Shown here: piece by piece, positions 52,368 to 61,883 of the stretch
Layout: each line of letters starts with the position of its first letter
How positions within the stretch are numbered: position 1 is the first letter of the stretch
Assembly: GCA_020356105.1 (NCBI GenBank)
Contig: CP070634.1
Span: 3,242,465-3,306,464 of the forward strand
DNA length: 64,000 nt
Reading direction: 5' to 3'
Source: Rhodospirillales bacterium
GTDB taxonomy: Bacteria > Pseudomonadota > Alphaproteobacteria > UBA8366 > JADFVY01
The notes under the pieces: model-generated
What the model saw: only the letters and a program-made list of their open reading frames with translations
Database searches by the model: none
What the model was told of the DNA's origin: nothing
Made by a program: the position numbers and the translations under genes

Positions 52368-53057
52368 ATGGCGCCGATCAGCATCGTTATTCCCACCCTG
52401 AACGCGGCCGCCTGGCTGCGCCGCAGCCTGCCGCCGCTGGCCGAATTCTCTGCACTTGACCTGATCCGCGAGGTGATTCTCGCCGATGGCGGCTCGACGG
52501 ACGAGACGCCCGGGATTGCGGAGGCTGCGGGGGCGCGCCTCATCCGCTCGCAGCCCGGGCGGGGCCGGCAGCTGGCCGCCGGGGCGGCGGGGGCGCGTGG
52601 CGACTGGCTCCTGTTCCTGCATGCCGATACCCTCTTGCAGACCGGGTGGGACCCGGCGGTGCGCCGCTTCATCGAAGCGCCGCAAAATGTGCGCCGCGCC
52701 GGCTATTTCCGCTTCGCGCTCGATGATCCGCGCTTCGCCGCGCGCCGAATCGCCTGGCTCGCAAATCTGCGTTGCCGGGCGCTGGGTCTTCCCTATGGCG
52801 ATCAGGGGTTGCTGATTCACCGCGATCTCTACCGCGCCTGCGGCGGGTTCCATGCATTGCCGCTGATGGAGGATGTCGATCTCGTGCGCCGCGTCGGCCG
52901 GCGGCGGCTGGTTATGCTCGACGCCGTCGCCGTCACCTCGGCCGAGCGCTACCGTCGCGACGGCTTCTGGCTGCGCCCCATGCGCAACCAGCTGTGCCTG
53001 CTGCTCTGGTTCCTCGGCGTCTCGCCGCGCGCCATCCTGCGGATATACGAGTGGTGA
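52368..53057 (+). CDS. Family-2 glycosyltransferase (TIGR04283-like, rSAM/selenodomain-associated transferase 2 type)
   Basis: ISIVIPTLNAA…DGGSTDET…WLLFLHADT GT-A motifs. 229 aa. The family assignment is from memory. Confidence 0.65.
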   Translation: MAPISIVIPTLNAAAWLRRSLPPLAEFSALDLIREVILADGGSTDETPGIAEAAGARLIRSQPGRGRQLAAGAAGARGDWLLFLHADTLLQTGWDPAVRRFIEAPQNVRRAGYFRFALDDPRFAARRIAWLANLRCRALGLPYGDQGLLIHRDLYRACGGFHALPLMEDVDLVRRVGRRRLVMLDAVAVTSAERYRRDGFWLRPMRNQLCLLLWFLGVSPRAILRIYEW

Positions 53058-53638
53058 GGCCCAGCGTCATCGTGTTCGCGCGGACGCCGCGGCGCGGCGC
53101 GGTCAAGCGGCGGCTTGCCGCGACGATCGGCGCGGCCGCGGCGCTGCGCTTCCACCGTCTCGCGCTGGAGCGGCTGATCCGGCGCCTGGCCCGCGATCGA
53201 CGCTGGCGCACCGTCCTGTGCGTGACCGCCGGGAGCTATCGCTGGCCGCGTGCCGTGCCGCGCATCGCCCAGGCACGCGGCGGCCTCGGGCGCAGGATGG
53301 CGCGCGCCATCGCCGTCATGCCACCCGGCCCGGCGCTGCTGATCGGCAGCGACATCCCCGAGATCCGGCCAGCCCACATCGCCGGCGCCTTCCGGGCGCT
53401 GGCGGGGTGCGACGTGGTGTTAGGCCCGGCAAGCGATGGCGGTTACTGGTTGGTCGGGCTGCGCGACCGCGGCCTGCTCGGCCGTCTGTTCGAGGGCGTT
53501 CGCTGGTCGACGCCGCACGCGCTCGCGGATACGCGGGCCAATCTGCCGGCCGGGCGCCGCGTGGCGCTGATCGAAACCCTGTCGGACATCGACGACGAGA
53601 CGGCCTGGCGGCACCTTGTCGTCAGCCACCGCCGCTGA
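53054..53638 (+). CDS. DUF2064 / TIGR04282-like (CofC/MobA-like nucleotidyltransferase fold) protein
   Basis: The GTG at 53054 overlaps the GT2 stop (GTGA). VIVFARTPRRGAVKRRLA…GPASDGGYWLVG. Confidence 0.6.
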   Translation: MRPSVIVFARTPRRGAVKRRLAATIGAAAALRFHRLALERLIRRLARDRRWRTVLCVTAGSYRWPRAVPRIAQARGGLGRRMARAIAVMPPGPALLIGSDIPEIRPAHIAGAFRALAGCDVVLGPASDGGYWLVGLRDRGLLGRLFEGVRWSTPHALADTRANLPAGRRVALIETLSDIDDETAWRHLVVSHRR

Positions 53639-54737
53639 TCGCGTCGGCCTGCGCTTTCAGCGCCGCTGCCTCGTTGTTCCGGCCTGTCTCGACCAGCAGG
53701 TCCGACAGCGTATAGAGGGTATCGGCGATCGCCGGATGATACGGCGGCAGCGCAGCGCTGCGGATCGCCAGGGCCCGGCGCAGCAGCGCCTCGGACTCGG
53801 TCCGACGACCCTGCGCCTTGTAGAGCACGGCGAGATTGTTCAGCATCAGCGCGATTTCGGGATGGTATGGGCCAAGCCGCGCCTCGCTGATGTCGAGGGC
53901 GCGGCGGTAGTAGCCCTCGGCCGCGTCGTACCGCCCCTGATAGAAGGACAGAACGCCGAGATTGCTGAGCCGCTCGGCGACCACCGGGTGGTCCCGGCCG
54001 AGCGACCGCTCGTCGATCGCCAGCGCCCGCCGGTAGAACGGCTCGGCCTCGTCATAGCGGTTCTGCATGCGATAGATCACCGCCATGTTGTTGAGCAGGG
54101 TGGCCAGCCCGGGATCCTCGGGCCCGAGCACATCCTCGTGGATCTTCAGCGCCCGTTGCATAAGCGCCTCCGCCTCGTCGAGCCGGTCGCGGGCGGCCTG
54201 CAGCATGGCGAGGTTGGCAAGATCAATCGCCACATTCGGATGCGCCGGCCCCAAGATCTCCTCGTCGACCGCGAGTCCGCGCCGATACAGCGGCTCCGCC
54301 TCGTCGTAGCGGCCCTGGCGCTTGTAGAGCAGGCCCAGATTGCCGAGCACGGCGGCGACATTGCCGCTGGTCGGGCCGTCGATCTCCTCGAACAGCGCCA
54401 GGGCGCGTCGGTACAACGGCTCGGCCTCGCCGTACCGGCCCAGCTCGGAATAGACCAGCGCGAGTGCGTTCAGCGTGGTGGGCAGGCGCTTGTCGCCGGC
54501 CTCGAATGCCTCCGCCGCCTCCAGCGCCGCGCCATAACGCCGCGCCGCCTCGTCGTAATCTCCGCGCTGAAACGCGGCCTTGGCGGCTTGGCTTTCCGCG
54601 TTCCATTCGTGCCACCAAGCGGCCGCCGGCCCGGCCAGCAGCAGAAGCGCAATTGCGGTAGCCGCCAACCGCCGCGCGACGGCCGGGCCCGTGGGCCATA
54701 TTCGGATGCGGGGTTTCACGTCCAGCTCCTCCGCCAT
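53622..54737 (-). CDS. Membrane-anchored TPR protein (TPR_10/12, kinesin-light-chain-like repeats)
   Basis: N-terminal TM followed by about 7 units of 42 aa (…GRYDEAEPLYRRALAI…). Its 3' end overlaps the convergent DUF2064 gene by 17 nt. Confidence 0.85.
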   Translation of the reverse strand: MAEELDVKPRIRIWPTGPAVARRLAATAIALLLLAGPAAAWWHEWNAESQAAKAAFQRGDYDEAARRYGAALEAAEAFEAGDKRLPTTLNALALVYSELGRYGEAEPLYRRALALFEEIDGPTSGNVAAVLGNLGLLYKRQGRYDEAEPLYRRGLAVDEEILGPAHPNVAIDLANLAMLQAARDRLDEAEALMQRALKIHEDVLGPEDPGLATLLNNMAVIYRMQNRYDEAEPFYRRALAIDERSLGRDHPVVAERLSNLGVLSFYQGRYDAAEGYYRRALDISEARLGPYHPEIALMLNNLAVLYKAQGRRTESEALLRRALAIRSAALPPYHPAIADTLYTLSDLLVETGRNNEAAALKAQADAISGGG

Positions 54738-54794
54738 GCGAACGACAACCGGCGGAAGCCTAACCTCGGCGGGTTAACAAACCGTGCCCGGGCC

Positions 54795-55322
54795 TCACAC
54801 CTCCTTGAGGCGGGGCATCAGCTCGACGAAATTGCAGGGCTTCGTGCGGCTGTCGAGCTGGTGGACCAGGATCTCGTCCCAGGCATCCTTGCAGGCGCCG
54901 GGTGAGCCGGGCAGGGCGAAGATATAGGTGCCCCTCGCGACCGCGCCGAGGGCGCGGCTCTGGATCGTCGAGGTCTTGATCTTCTGGAAGCTGATCCATC
55001 GGAACAGCTCGCCAAAGCCCGGCACCTCCTTTTCGGCGACCTGCAGCACCGCCTCCGGTGTCACGTCGCGGCCGGTCACGCCGGTGCCGCCCGTCGAGAT
55101 CACCACGTCGATCTCGGGATCGTCGATCCAGGCCCGCAGCTGGTCGACGATGAGATCGGCCTGGTCGCGCACGATGGCGCGCGCGGCCAGCCTGTGGCCG
55201 GCCGCCTCAAGCCGCTCGACCAGCGTGTTGCCGGATCGGTCGTCCGCCTCCGAGCGGGTGTCGGAGACGGTCAGGACGGCGATGTTGACGGGCAGGAAAT
55301 CGCGATTGCCCTCGATCTTCAC
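54795..55322 (-). CDS. moaB: Molybdenum cofactor biosynthesis protein B
   Basis: MoaB/Mog fold, …VLTVSDTRS…ISTGGTGVTGRD. The GTG start overlaps the upstream stop (GTGA). Confidence 0.85.
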   Translation of the reverse strand: MKIEGNRDFLPVNIAVLTVSDTRSEADDRSGNTLVERLEAAGHRLAARAIVRDQADLIVDQLRAWIDDPEIDVVISTGGTGVTGRDVTPEAVLQVAEKEVPGFGELFRWISFQKIKTSTIQSRALGAVARGTYIFALPGSPGACKDAWDEILVHQLDSRTKPCNFVELMPRLKEV

Positions 55323-57172
55323 CTTTGTTCCTCGCTGGCGGTCCCTTGCAACGCGACCTGCTTGTTGAGCGGGTCGAGCGCACTGTAGACCGGCCAGTCG
55401 CCCGCGACAACATCCGCCAGCGAGGGACGCGGCTGGCCGAGACGATCGCGGTAGAGCCAGAAATTGGTCAGCACCCGTTCGACATAGATGCGGGTCTCGC
55501 GCTTCGGGATACTCTCGATAAACAGCAGCGGATCGTCGCCGAAGTCGACGCGGCGCAGCCAGCTGCGCAAATTGCCGGGCCCGCCGTTATAGGCGGCGAC
55601 GGCAAGGAACAGGCTGCCGTTGATGCTGGGCGTCTCCAGCAGGTGGACCATGTATTTCTGGCCGAGGGTGACGTTGAGCTCCGGATCGTAGAGCTTGTCC
55701 CTGCGCCAGCCGCGGTAGCGCCGGCCCGAGATGAAGCCGGCGGTGCCGGGCATCAGCTGCATAAGCCCGCGCGCGCCGGCGTGGCTCTTGGCATTGGTCT
55801 TGAAATTGGATTCCTGGCGCATCAGGGCGTAGATCAGCGCCCGGTCGACCTCGAACCCGCCATCCGGCTCCCAGACGGGAAGCGGGTAGAGGGCGGCGCC
55901 GTGCCAGTGACCGTCGCGCTCGTGCATCGCCTTGCCGAGCTCGAACGCCAGCGGGGCGATCTGGGCCTCGTCGGCATAGGCCATCATCGTCTGCAGCAGG
56001 CGCTTCGGCATCCTGTCGAAGATCCGCTTCAACTCAGCCATGCCGCGCCGATCCTGGCCGATCTGCAGCAGCGCGAGCCCGCGCCGTGCCGCTGGCACGC
56101 CGACGATCTCGCGGGCGGCGTCCATGCTCGGCACCGGCAGGGTCCAGTCGATCGGCTGCCGCAGTGCCAACGCTTCCTGGCCGAGCACGCCGTAGAAGGT
56201 CATCGGACGCTCGGCGGCGAGCCGCAGCATCGGCACCACCTTGTCCGGTCGGCGCGACACGAGATAGGCGCGCGCCGCCCAATAGGCGCCGGCCGAGGCG
56301 AGCCAGTCGTCGTCCGTGCCAGAGAGGGCGAGCGCCGAGAAATGCTCTGCCGCGGTCTCGATCCGACCCATCCGCCAGGCGGTCAGCCCCGCCCACCAAT
56401 AGGCGTCGGGGAGGTGCTCGCCGGATCGGGTCGCCGCCTTGCTGGCCAGCTCGAGCGCCTGTTCGTCCTTCTCGACCTGGTAGAAAGCGGCTGCGATCGC
56501 GGTCAGCATCTCGTCGTAGCCGCGCGCATCGAAATGCCGGGCGATGCTATTCTGGCTGAGGTAATTGTACGCCCTGGTCGGCGCACCCAGGCGCAGCCAG
56601 CGCCGGATGCGCCGCTGCGCATAGCGCATATCGCGGTTGGTGTAGCGCTGCGCCGATTTGCGGTCCCCCTGCGAGTCGAGGACGGGCGTCTCTTCGCCCC
56701 AGGACACGTTCACGACGGGCCGCTGCGGTTTGCGGGGCCATTTGTAGTTGGACGGTCGCCGCTTGGCCGCCAGCCGGTAGACGCTGTCGGCATTCGGATG
56801 ATCGGCGTAGTGCGTCATCCAGTCCTTCAGCTCGAGATAGGTCGAACGATAGGCGCGCGGATGCATATAGCGCTGGTAGAGGACGTGTCCCATGAGCAGG
56901 CGGTCGGACAGCGCGGCGATCCGCTTGTCCGCGGCCTTCCACTTGCCCTCGTCCTGCAGCCGGAAGATTTCGCCGTAGAGCCGGGCGTCCTCCTCCCCGA
57001 GGATCGCGAACATCTCGCCGATCGCTTCCTCGGCGGGCGCCAGCGGGGCCGGCAGCGGTGACCGCTCGACCGGAAAATCCGGCTCCACCGCCAGCGCGCG
57101 GGGCGCCGCAGTCATCAGAAGAGCCAGCGCAAGCAGCGCCCGGCGCAGTGGTCGGCAACGTGGGAAAGACAC
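55319..57172 (-). CDS. Soluble lytic murein transglycosylase (Slt70-like)
   Basis: Signal peptide, superhelical N-terminal region, and an SLT domain with MRQESNF, GARGLMQLMPGTA and AYNGGPGN. Confidence 0.88.
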   Translation of the reverse strand: MSFPRCRPLRRALLALALLMTAAPRALAVEPDFPVERSPLPAPLAPAEEAIGEMFAILGEEDARLYGEIFRLQDEGKWKAADKRIAALSDRLLMGHVLYQRYMHPRAYRSTYLELKDWMTHYADHPNADSVYRLAAKRRPSNYKWPRKPQRPVVNVSWGEETPVLDSQGDRKSAQRYTNRDMRYAQRRIRRWLRLGAPTRAYNYLSQNSIARHFDARGYDEMLTAIAAAFYQVEKDEQALELASKAATRSGEHLPDAYWWAGLTAWRMGRIETAAEHFSALALSGTDDDWLASAGAYWAARAYLVSRRPDKVVPMLRLAAERPMTFYGVLGQEALALRQPIDWTLPVPSMDAAREIVGVPAARRGLALLQIGQDRRGMAELKRIFDRMPKRLLQTMMAYADEAQIAPLAFELGKAMHERDGHWHGAALYPLPVWEPDGGFEVDRALIYALMRQESNFKTNAKSHAGARGLMQLMPGTAGFISGRRYRGWRRDKLYDPELNVTLGQKYMVHLLETPSINGSLFLAVAAYNGGPGNLRSWLRRVDFGDDPLLFIESIPKRETRIYVERVLTNFWLYRDRLGQPRPSLADVVAGDWPVYSALDPLNKQVALQGTASEEQR

Positions 57173-57381
57173 GGTGAATTCCCCCTGTTCGGGCGCGTTC
57201 TCTACACGCCTCGATCGATTGACGCCAATAAGACAACACTAAACGGGGCCGAGTAAAGAATTGGTATAGATGCGTATCCGTCCGGTAATATGTCTGTATC
57301 GCGGCAGGGGACGGCGATTCCGGCCGATTCGCCAAAAGTATGACGCAAGAGGGGCGCCGCCGCCGCCGGCGTGCTGGCCGT

Positions 57382-58194
57382 TCAGTCCAGGGCGTCGAGA
57401 CGTTCGCGCAGCGACAGGAAATCGATCCAGGACTGCCGCTTCTGTGCCGGGTTGCGCAGCAGATAGGCGGGATGGAACGTCGGCATCGCCGGAATCGGCG
57501 TGTCCAGGCCCTCGCCGTATTCGACCCAGCGTCCGCGCGCCTTGTTGATGCCGCTGCCGATGCCCAGTACGGCGTTCATCGCCGGACGGCCCAGCGTAAC
57601 CAGCAGGCGCGGCCTTGCAAGCGCGATATGGCGACGCACGAACGGCAGGCAGGCCGCCGACTCCGCATCCGTCGGGCTGCGGTTGCCCGGCGGCCGCCAG
57701 AACAGGATGTTCGTAATATAGGCAGAGTCATCGTCGAGGCCGATCCACGACAGCATGACATCGAGCAGGCGACCGCTCGCCCCCACGAAGGGGAGGCCGG
57801 CGCGGTCCTCCTCGGCGCCGGGCGCCTCTCCGATGAACATCACCGGCGCGCCCGGCCTGCCGCGGGCGAACACAAGGTTGGTTGCAGTGTGCTTCAACGC
57901 GCAGCCTTCGAAGGCCTCGAGCGCCGCCCGCAGATCGTCGAGGCGGGCCACCCGAGACGCCAATTCGCGCGCGTCGGTGGCGCCCTGCGACGGGGCCAGC
58001 GGCGCGGCGGCCGTCCCGATCGGGGCAGGTGCCGGCGCCAACGGGCCCTCGGCGAGCGCAGGCACAGGCGCCGGCGGCTTGCGCCGATCCGCGGGGGTGG
58101 CGCCAACGGCTTCGTCGGCGCCCATCGCCGCCAACCAGTCGAGCAGGGCCAGGGCCTTGCGTCGTGCTGTGCCGTCACCGTCTTCGTTCACCAC
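57382..58194 (-). CDS. Uracil-DNA glycosylase, family 4, with Ala/Pro-rich N-terminal extension
   Basis: Motif A GEAPGAEEDRAGLPFVG and motif B HPAYLLR. GTG start. Confidence 0.88.
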   Translation of the reverse strand: MVNEDGDGTARRKALALLDWLAAMGADEAVGATPADRRKPPAPVPALAEGPLAPAPAPIGTAAAPLAPSQGATDARELASRVARLDDLRAALEAFEGCALKHTATNLVFARGRPGAPVMFIGEAPGAEEDRAGLPFVGASGRLLDVMLSWIGLDDDSAYITNILFWRPPGNRSPTDAESAACLPFVRRHIALARPRLLVTLGRPAMNAVLGIGSGINKARGRWVEYGEGLDTPIPAMPTFHPAYLLRNPAQKRQSWIDFLSLRERLDALD

Positions 58195-58324
58195 CCGGCT
58201 CCCTCGTCACCCCCGGGATGGCAATTGCCGCGCCGCCCGAGTTCCAATATCGGCCGGAATGTTTATAGCAAACGGGCGGCCGGTCCTGTAGGTATCAAAT
58301 GGCGACAGGCAAGGAGGCGTGGGC

Positions 58325-59953
58325 ATGGAACGCGAATCCATGGAATACGATGTTGTCGTGGTGGGCGCCGGCCCGTCCGGGCTGGCCGCGGCGATCCGGT
58401 TGAAGCAGCTGGCGGCGGAACAGGAGCGGGAGTTGGCCGTCTGCATCGTCGAGAAGGGCGCGGAGGTGGGCGCGCATATCCTGTCCGGCGCGGTGATCGA
58501 GACCCGGGCACTCGACGAGTTGATCCCCGACTGGCGGGACAGGGACGCGCCGCTGAACACGCCAGCCGGCGACGAACGGTTCCTGTATCTGACCGAAGCC
58601 AAGGCGTTCCGCCTGCCAACACCGCCGCAGATGCACAACGCGGGGAACTTTGTTGTCAGCCTCGGCAATGTCTGTCGCTGGCTCGGCGAGCAGGCCGAAT
58701 CGCTGGGCGTGGAGATCTACCCCGGCTTCGCCGCTGCCGAGGTGCTCTACCACGACGACGGATCGGTCAAGGGAGTGGCGACCGGCGACATGGGTATCAC
58801 GAAATCGGGCGAACAGGGACCCAACTACCAGCCAGGCGTCGAGCTGCACGCCCGGCAGACCATCTTCGCCGAGGGCTGCCGCGGTTCGCTGACCAAGAGC
58901 CTGTTCGAGCGCTTCGATCTGCGGGCGGGCTGCGACCCACAGACCTTTGCCATCGGCGTCAAGGAGCTTTGGGAGGTCGCGCCGGAGAACCACAAACCGG
59001 GTACGGTCATCCACACCATCGGCTGGCCGCTCGACGGCAAGACCTACGGCGGCTCGTTCGTCTACCACCTCGAGGGCAACCAGGTCGCGCTCGGCTTCGT
59101 GGTCGGCCTCGACTACGAGAATCCCTATCTCAGCCCCTATCTCGAATTGCAGCGGTTCAAGCATCATCCGACGATCCAGCCGACCCTCGAGGGCGGCCGC
59201 CGCATCGGATACGGCGCTCGTGCCCTCAACGAGGGCGGGTTCCAGTCGCTTCCGAAATTGACCTTCCCGGGCGGGCTTCTGGTCGGCTGCGCCGCCGGAT
59301 TCCTGGATGTGCCCAAGATCAAGGGGTCGCATACCGCGATGAAATCCGGCATGACGGCGGCCGAGGCGATCTTCGAGTCGCTGGCCGGCGATGACGGCCC
59401 GCGCGAGGTGACGGCCTATCCCGAGCGGCTGAAGCAGACCTGGGTCTGGCGCGACCTCTACAAAGCGCGCAACATTCGCCCCGCCTTCACGCGCGGGCGC
59501 TGGTTCGGCCTCGTCTATTCGGCGCTCGACACCTACCTGTTCCGCGGCCGTGCGCCGTGGACCTTCCGCAACCATGCCGACCACGACCGGCTGAAGCCCG
59601 CGGCCGAATGCCGGCCGATCGACTATCCCAAGCCGGACGGCGTGATCAGCTTCGATCGGCTGACCAATGTCGCCTTCTCCGGCACCAATCACGAGGAAGA
59701 CCAGCCGGCCCACCTGGTGCTGCGGGATCCGGCGCTGGCGATTGATGTCAATCTCGCCCGGTTCGATTCGCCCGAACAGCGCTATTGCCCCGCCGGGGTC
59801 TATGAAATTGTCGAGGAGGACGGCGCGCCGCGGCTGCAGATCAACGCCCAGAATTGCGTCCATTGCAAGACCTGCGATATCAAGGATCCGACTCAGAACA
59901 TCAACTGGACGGTGCCGGAGGGCGGTGGCGGACCTGCCTACAGCGGCATGTGA
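58325..59953 (+). CDS. Electron-transfer flavoprotein:ubiquinone oxidoreductase
   Basis: FAD fingerprint VVVGAGPSG and the C-terminal cluster [12 protein letters not shown]. The ATG at 58325 lies 7 nt after AAGGAGG. Confidence 0.95.
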   Translation: MERESMEYDVVVVGAGPSGLAAAIRLKQLAAEQERELAVCIVEKGAEVGAHILSGAVIETRALDELIPDWRDRDAPLNTPAGDERFLYLTEAKAFRLPTPPQMHNAGNFVVSLGNVCRWLGEQAESLGVEIYPGFAAAEVLYHDDGSVKGVATGDMGITKSGEQGPNYQPGVELHARQTIFAEGCRGSLTKSLFERFDLRAGCDPQTFAIGVKELWEVAPENHKPGTVIHTIGWPLDGKTYGGSFVYHLEGNQVALGFVVGLDYENPYLSPYLELQRFKHHPTIQPTLEGGRRIGYGARALNEGGFQSLPKLTFPGGLLVGCAAGFLDVPKIKGSHTAMKSGMTAAEAIFESLAGDDGPREVTAYPERLKQTWVWRDLYKARNIRPAFTRGRWFGLVYSALDTYLFRGRAPWTFRNHADHDRLKPAAECRPIDYPKPDGVISFDRLTNVAFSGTNHEEDQPAHLVLRDPALAIDVNLARFDSPEQRYCPAGVYEIVEEDGAPRLQINAQNCVHCKTCDIKDPTQNINWTVPEGGGGPAYSGM

Positions 59954-60092
59954 CCGATCGCGCTGCACCGGGCCGAGTGGCGGTCTTCGCGTAGCGCCGG
60001 GAACGACCCGCCGAATTTCGTCGGGTCGGCTGGACGGATGAGGGTCGGGCGGCTACTGTGCCGCGGCCCGAATCGCATGTGAAAGGAGTCCG

Positions 60093-61883
60093 ATGCGGCT
60101 TTTCAAGACGGCCCGTCCGGCGGACCGAATCCCCGACCCCGCTTCGCGCATCATCGCGGTCATTCTGGCCGCGATCCTGTTCGGCTGCTCTGGCGGCAAC
60201 AGGGGCGATGCCGCGCCCAGCGATGCGGTATCCGAAGAATCCAGGCAGCTCGACATGATCGAGCCGCGCGACCAGCGATCGCAGTACGGCAATTACCTTG
60301 CCGGGCGATTCGCCGAAAAGCAGCGCGATTTCGAGCGCGCCTCGTCGTCGCTGGCCCGGGCGCTGGAGGAAAACCCTGATGATCCGGCATTGTTGCGCCG
60401 TACCTTCTTCCTCGCTCTGGAGGCGGGCCGCATGGACCTGGCCATTCAGCTGGCGCGCCAGCTTGACGCGGCCGGCACGCGGATCTCCCCAGTTCAGCTT
60501 CTGCTCGCCGCCGAGTCTGTCAAGAAGAGCGAATTCCAGGCCGCGATCGAACGCCTTGAGACCATGGACCGTGACGACCTCGCCCGCTATCTGGTTCCGC
60601 TGGCGCTGGCCTGGGCCTATGTCGGCGCTGGCGAGTTCGACACGGGGCTGGCAGCACTGTCCCCGCTCAACACCGAGGACGGGTTTGCGCTGCTGCGGCG
60701 GATGCATGAAGGGCTGATCAACGACGTTGCGGGCCGCGCCGACGACGCCGATGCCGCGTATCGCGCGGCCATGGGCACGGAATCCGGAGCGGCGCCGAAC
60801 CGTGTTGTCCGGGCCTACGGCAACTATCTGGAGCGGCGCGGCCGTGCCGACGAGGCCCGGGCGCTTTACGAGACGTATGGCGGCATCGAGGCCGACAGCC
60901 CGATCATCGTCGAGTCCGCGAAACGGGTTGCCGGCAACGGGGTTCCCGATCCCCTGGTGGGTGATGCGGCGCAGGGGATGGCGGAGGGGCTGTTCGACAT
61001 TGCCTCGGTTCTGCCGATCGATCGGGCCGGCGACTTCGTGCTGATCTATGCGCGAATGGCGCTTTATCTCAGACCGGACTTCCCGCTCGGCCAGCTCCTG
61101 ATCGGCGACGTGTTCGATCAGTTCGGACGCTATGAGGAGGCGGCCGCGGCCTACCGGTCCGTCGATCCGGACAGCGCCTATGGATGGGTCGCGCGGCTGC
61201 GGCTGGCCGACGATCTTTACGATCTCGGCGATGCCGATGCGGCCATCGCGCTGTTGCGCGAGATGAGCCGTGACCAGCCGGAGCGGAGTGACGCGCTGAT
61301 CCGGCTCGGCAACGTCCTGCGTTACGAGGAACGCTACGATGAGTCGGTTGCGGCCTATGACGGCGCGATCGAGCGCGTCGGCAAGATCGGCCGCAACGAC
61401 TGGACGCTGCTATACAGCCGGGGCATCGCGCTCGAGCGCGCGGGGCTCTGGGAGCGGGCCGAGCGCGATTTTCTGCAGGCCCTTGAACTCCAGCCCGGAC
61501 AACCCTTCGTTCTCAACTACCTCGGGTACAGCTGGGTGGAGCAGGGCAAGAATCTCGATGAGGCGCGCCAGATGCTGGTGCGCGCCGTCGCCCAGCGCCC
61601 GGACGACGGCTATATCGTCGATAGCATGGGCTGGGCCCTGTACAAGCTTGACGATTTTGCCGAAGCGGTGACCTATCTGGAACGCGCGGTCGCGTTGCGG
61701 CCGCAGGACCCCGTCATCAATGATCACCTCGGCGACGCCTATTGGCGGGTCGGTCGAATCGGCGAGGCGCGCATCCAGTGGCGCCGCGTCCTGGGGCTCG
61801 AACCGGAGGACGATCTGCGGCGGCAGATCGAGCAGAAGCTGAAGGACGGTCTGCCGCCGCCGGGCGGCAGGGGCGGGGGGTAA
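60093..61883 (+). CDS. TPR-repeat lipoprotein
   Basis: Lipobox ILFGCSGG and multiple TPR units (…YLGYSWVEQGKNLDEARQMLVRAV…DHLGDAYWRVGRIGEARIQW…). Confidence 0.8.
   Translation: MRLFKTARPADRIPDPASRIIAVILAAILFGCSGGNRGDAAPSDAVSEESRQLDMIEPRDQRSQYGNYLAGRFAEKQRDFERASSSLARALEENPDDPALLRRTFFLALEAGRMDLAIQLARQLDAAGTRISPVQLLLAAESVKKSEFQAAIERLETMDRDDLARYLVPLALAWAYVGAGEFDTGLAALSPLNTEDGFALLRRMHEGLINDVAGRADDADAAYRAAMGTESGAAPNRVVRAYGNYLERRGRADEARALYETYGGIEADSPIIVESAKRVAGNGVPDPLVGDAAQGMAEGLFDIASVLPIDRAGDFVLIYARMALYLRPDFPLGQLLIGDVFDQFGRYEEAAAAYRSVDPDSAYGWVARLRLADDLYDLGDADAAIALLREMSRDQPERSDALIRLGNVLRYEERYDESVAAYDGAIERVGKIGRNDWTLLYSRGIALERAGLWERAERDFLQALELQPGQPFVLNYLGYSWVEQGKNLDEARQMLVRAVAQRPDDGYIVDSMGWALYKLDDFAEAVTYLERAVALRPQDPVINDHLGDAYWRVGRIGEARIQWRRVLGLEPEDDLRRQIEQKLKDGLPPPGGRGGG

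Noticed and set aside
53622-54737. Regular ~126-bp periodic repetition (e.g. …GGCTCGGCCTCGTCATAGCGG… recurring at about 54041, 54167, 54292 and 54418) that could be mistaken for a repeat array
   Set aside because: The period equals the 42-aa TPR unit of a continuous 371-aa ORF. There are no unique spacers and no cas genes. It is not a CRISPR or satellite.
55325-59968. Long ORFs 55325..57061(+), 57340..59394(+) and 58295..59968(-) opposite or out of frame to the SLT, UDG and ETF-QO genes
   Set aside because: Each overlaps a gene with clear catalytic motifs. Their translations are Arg/Gly/Pro-rich with no motifs. They are GC artefacts.
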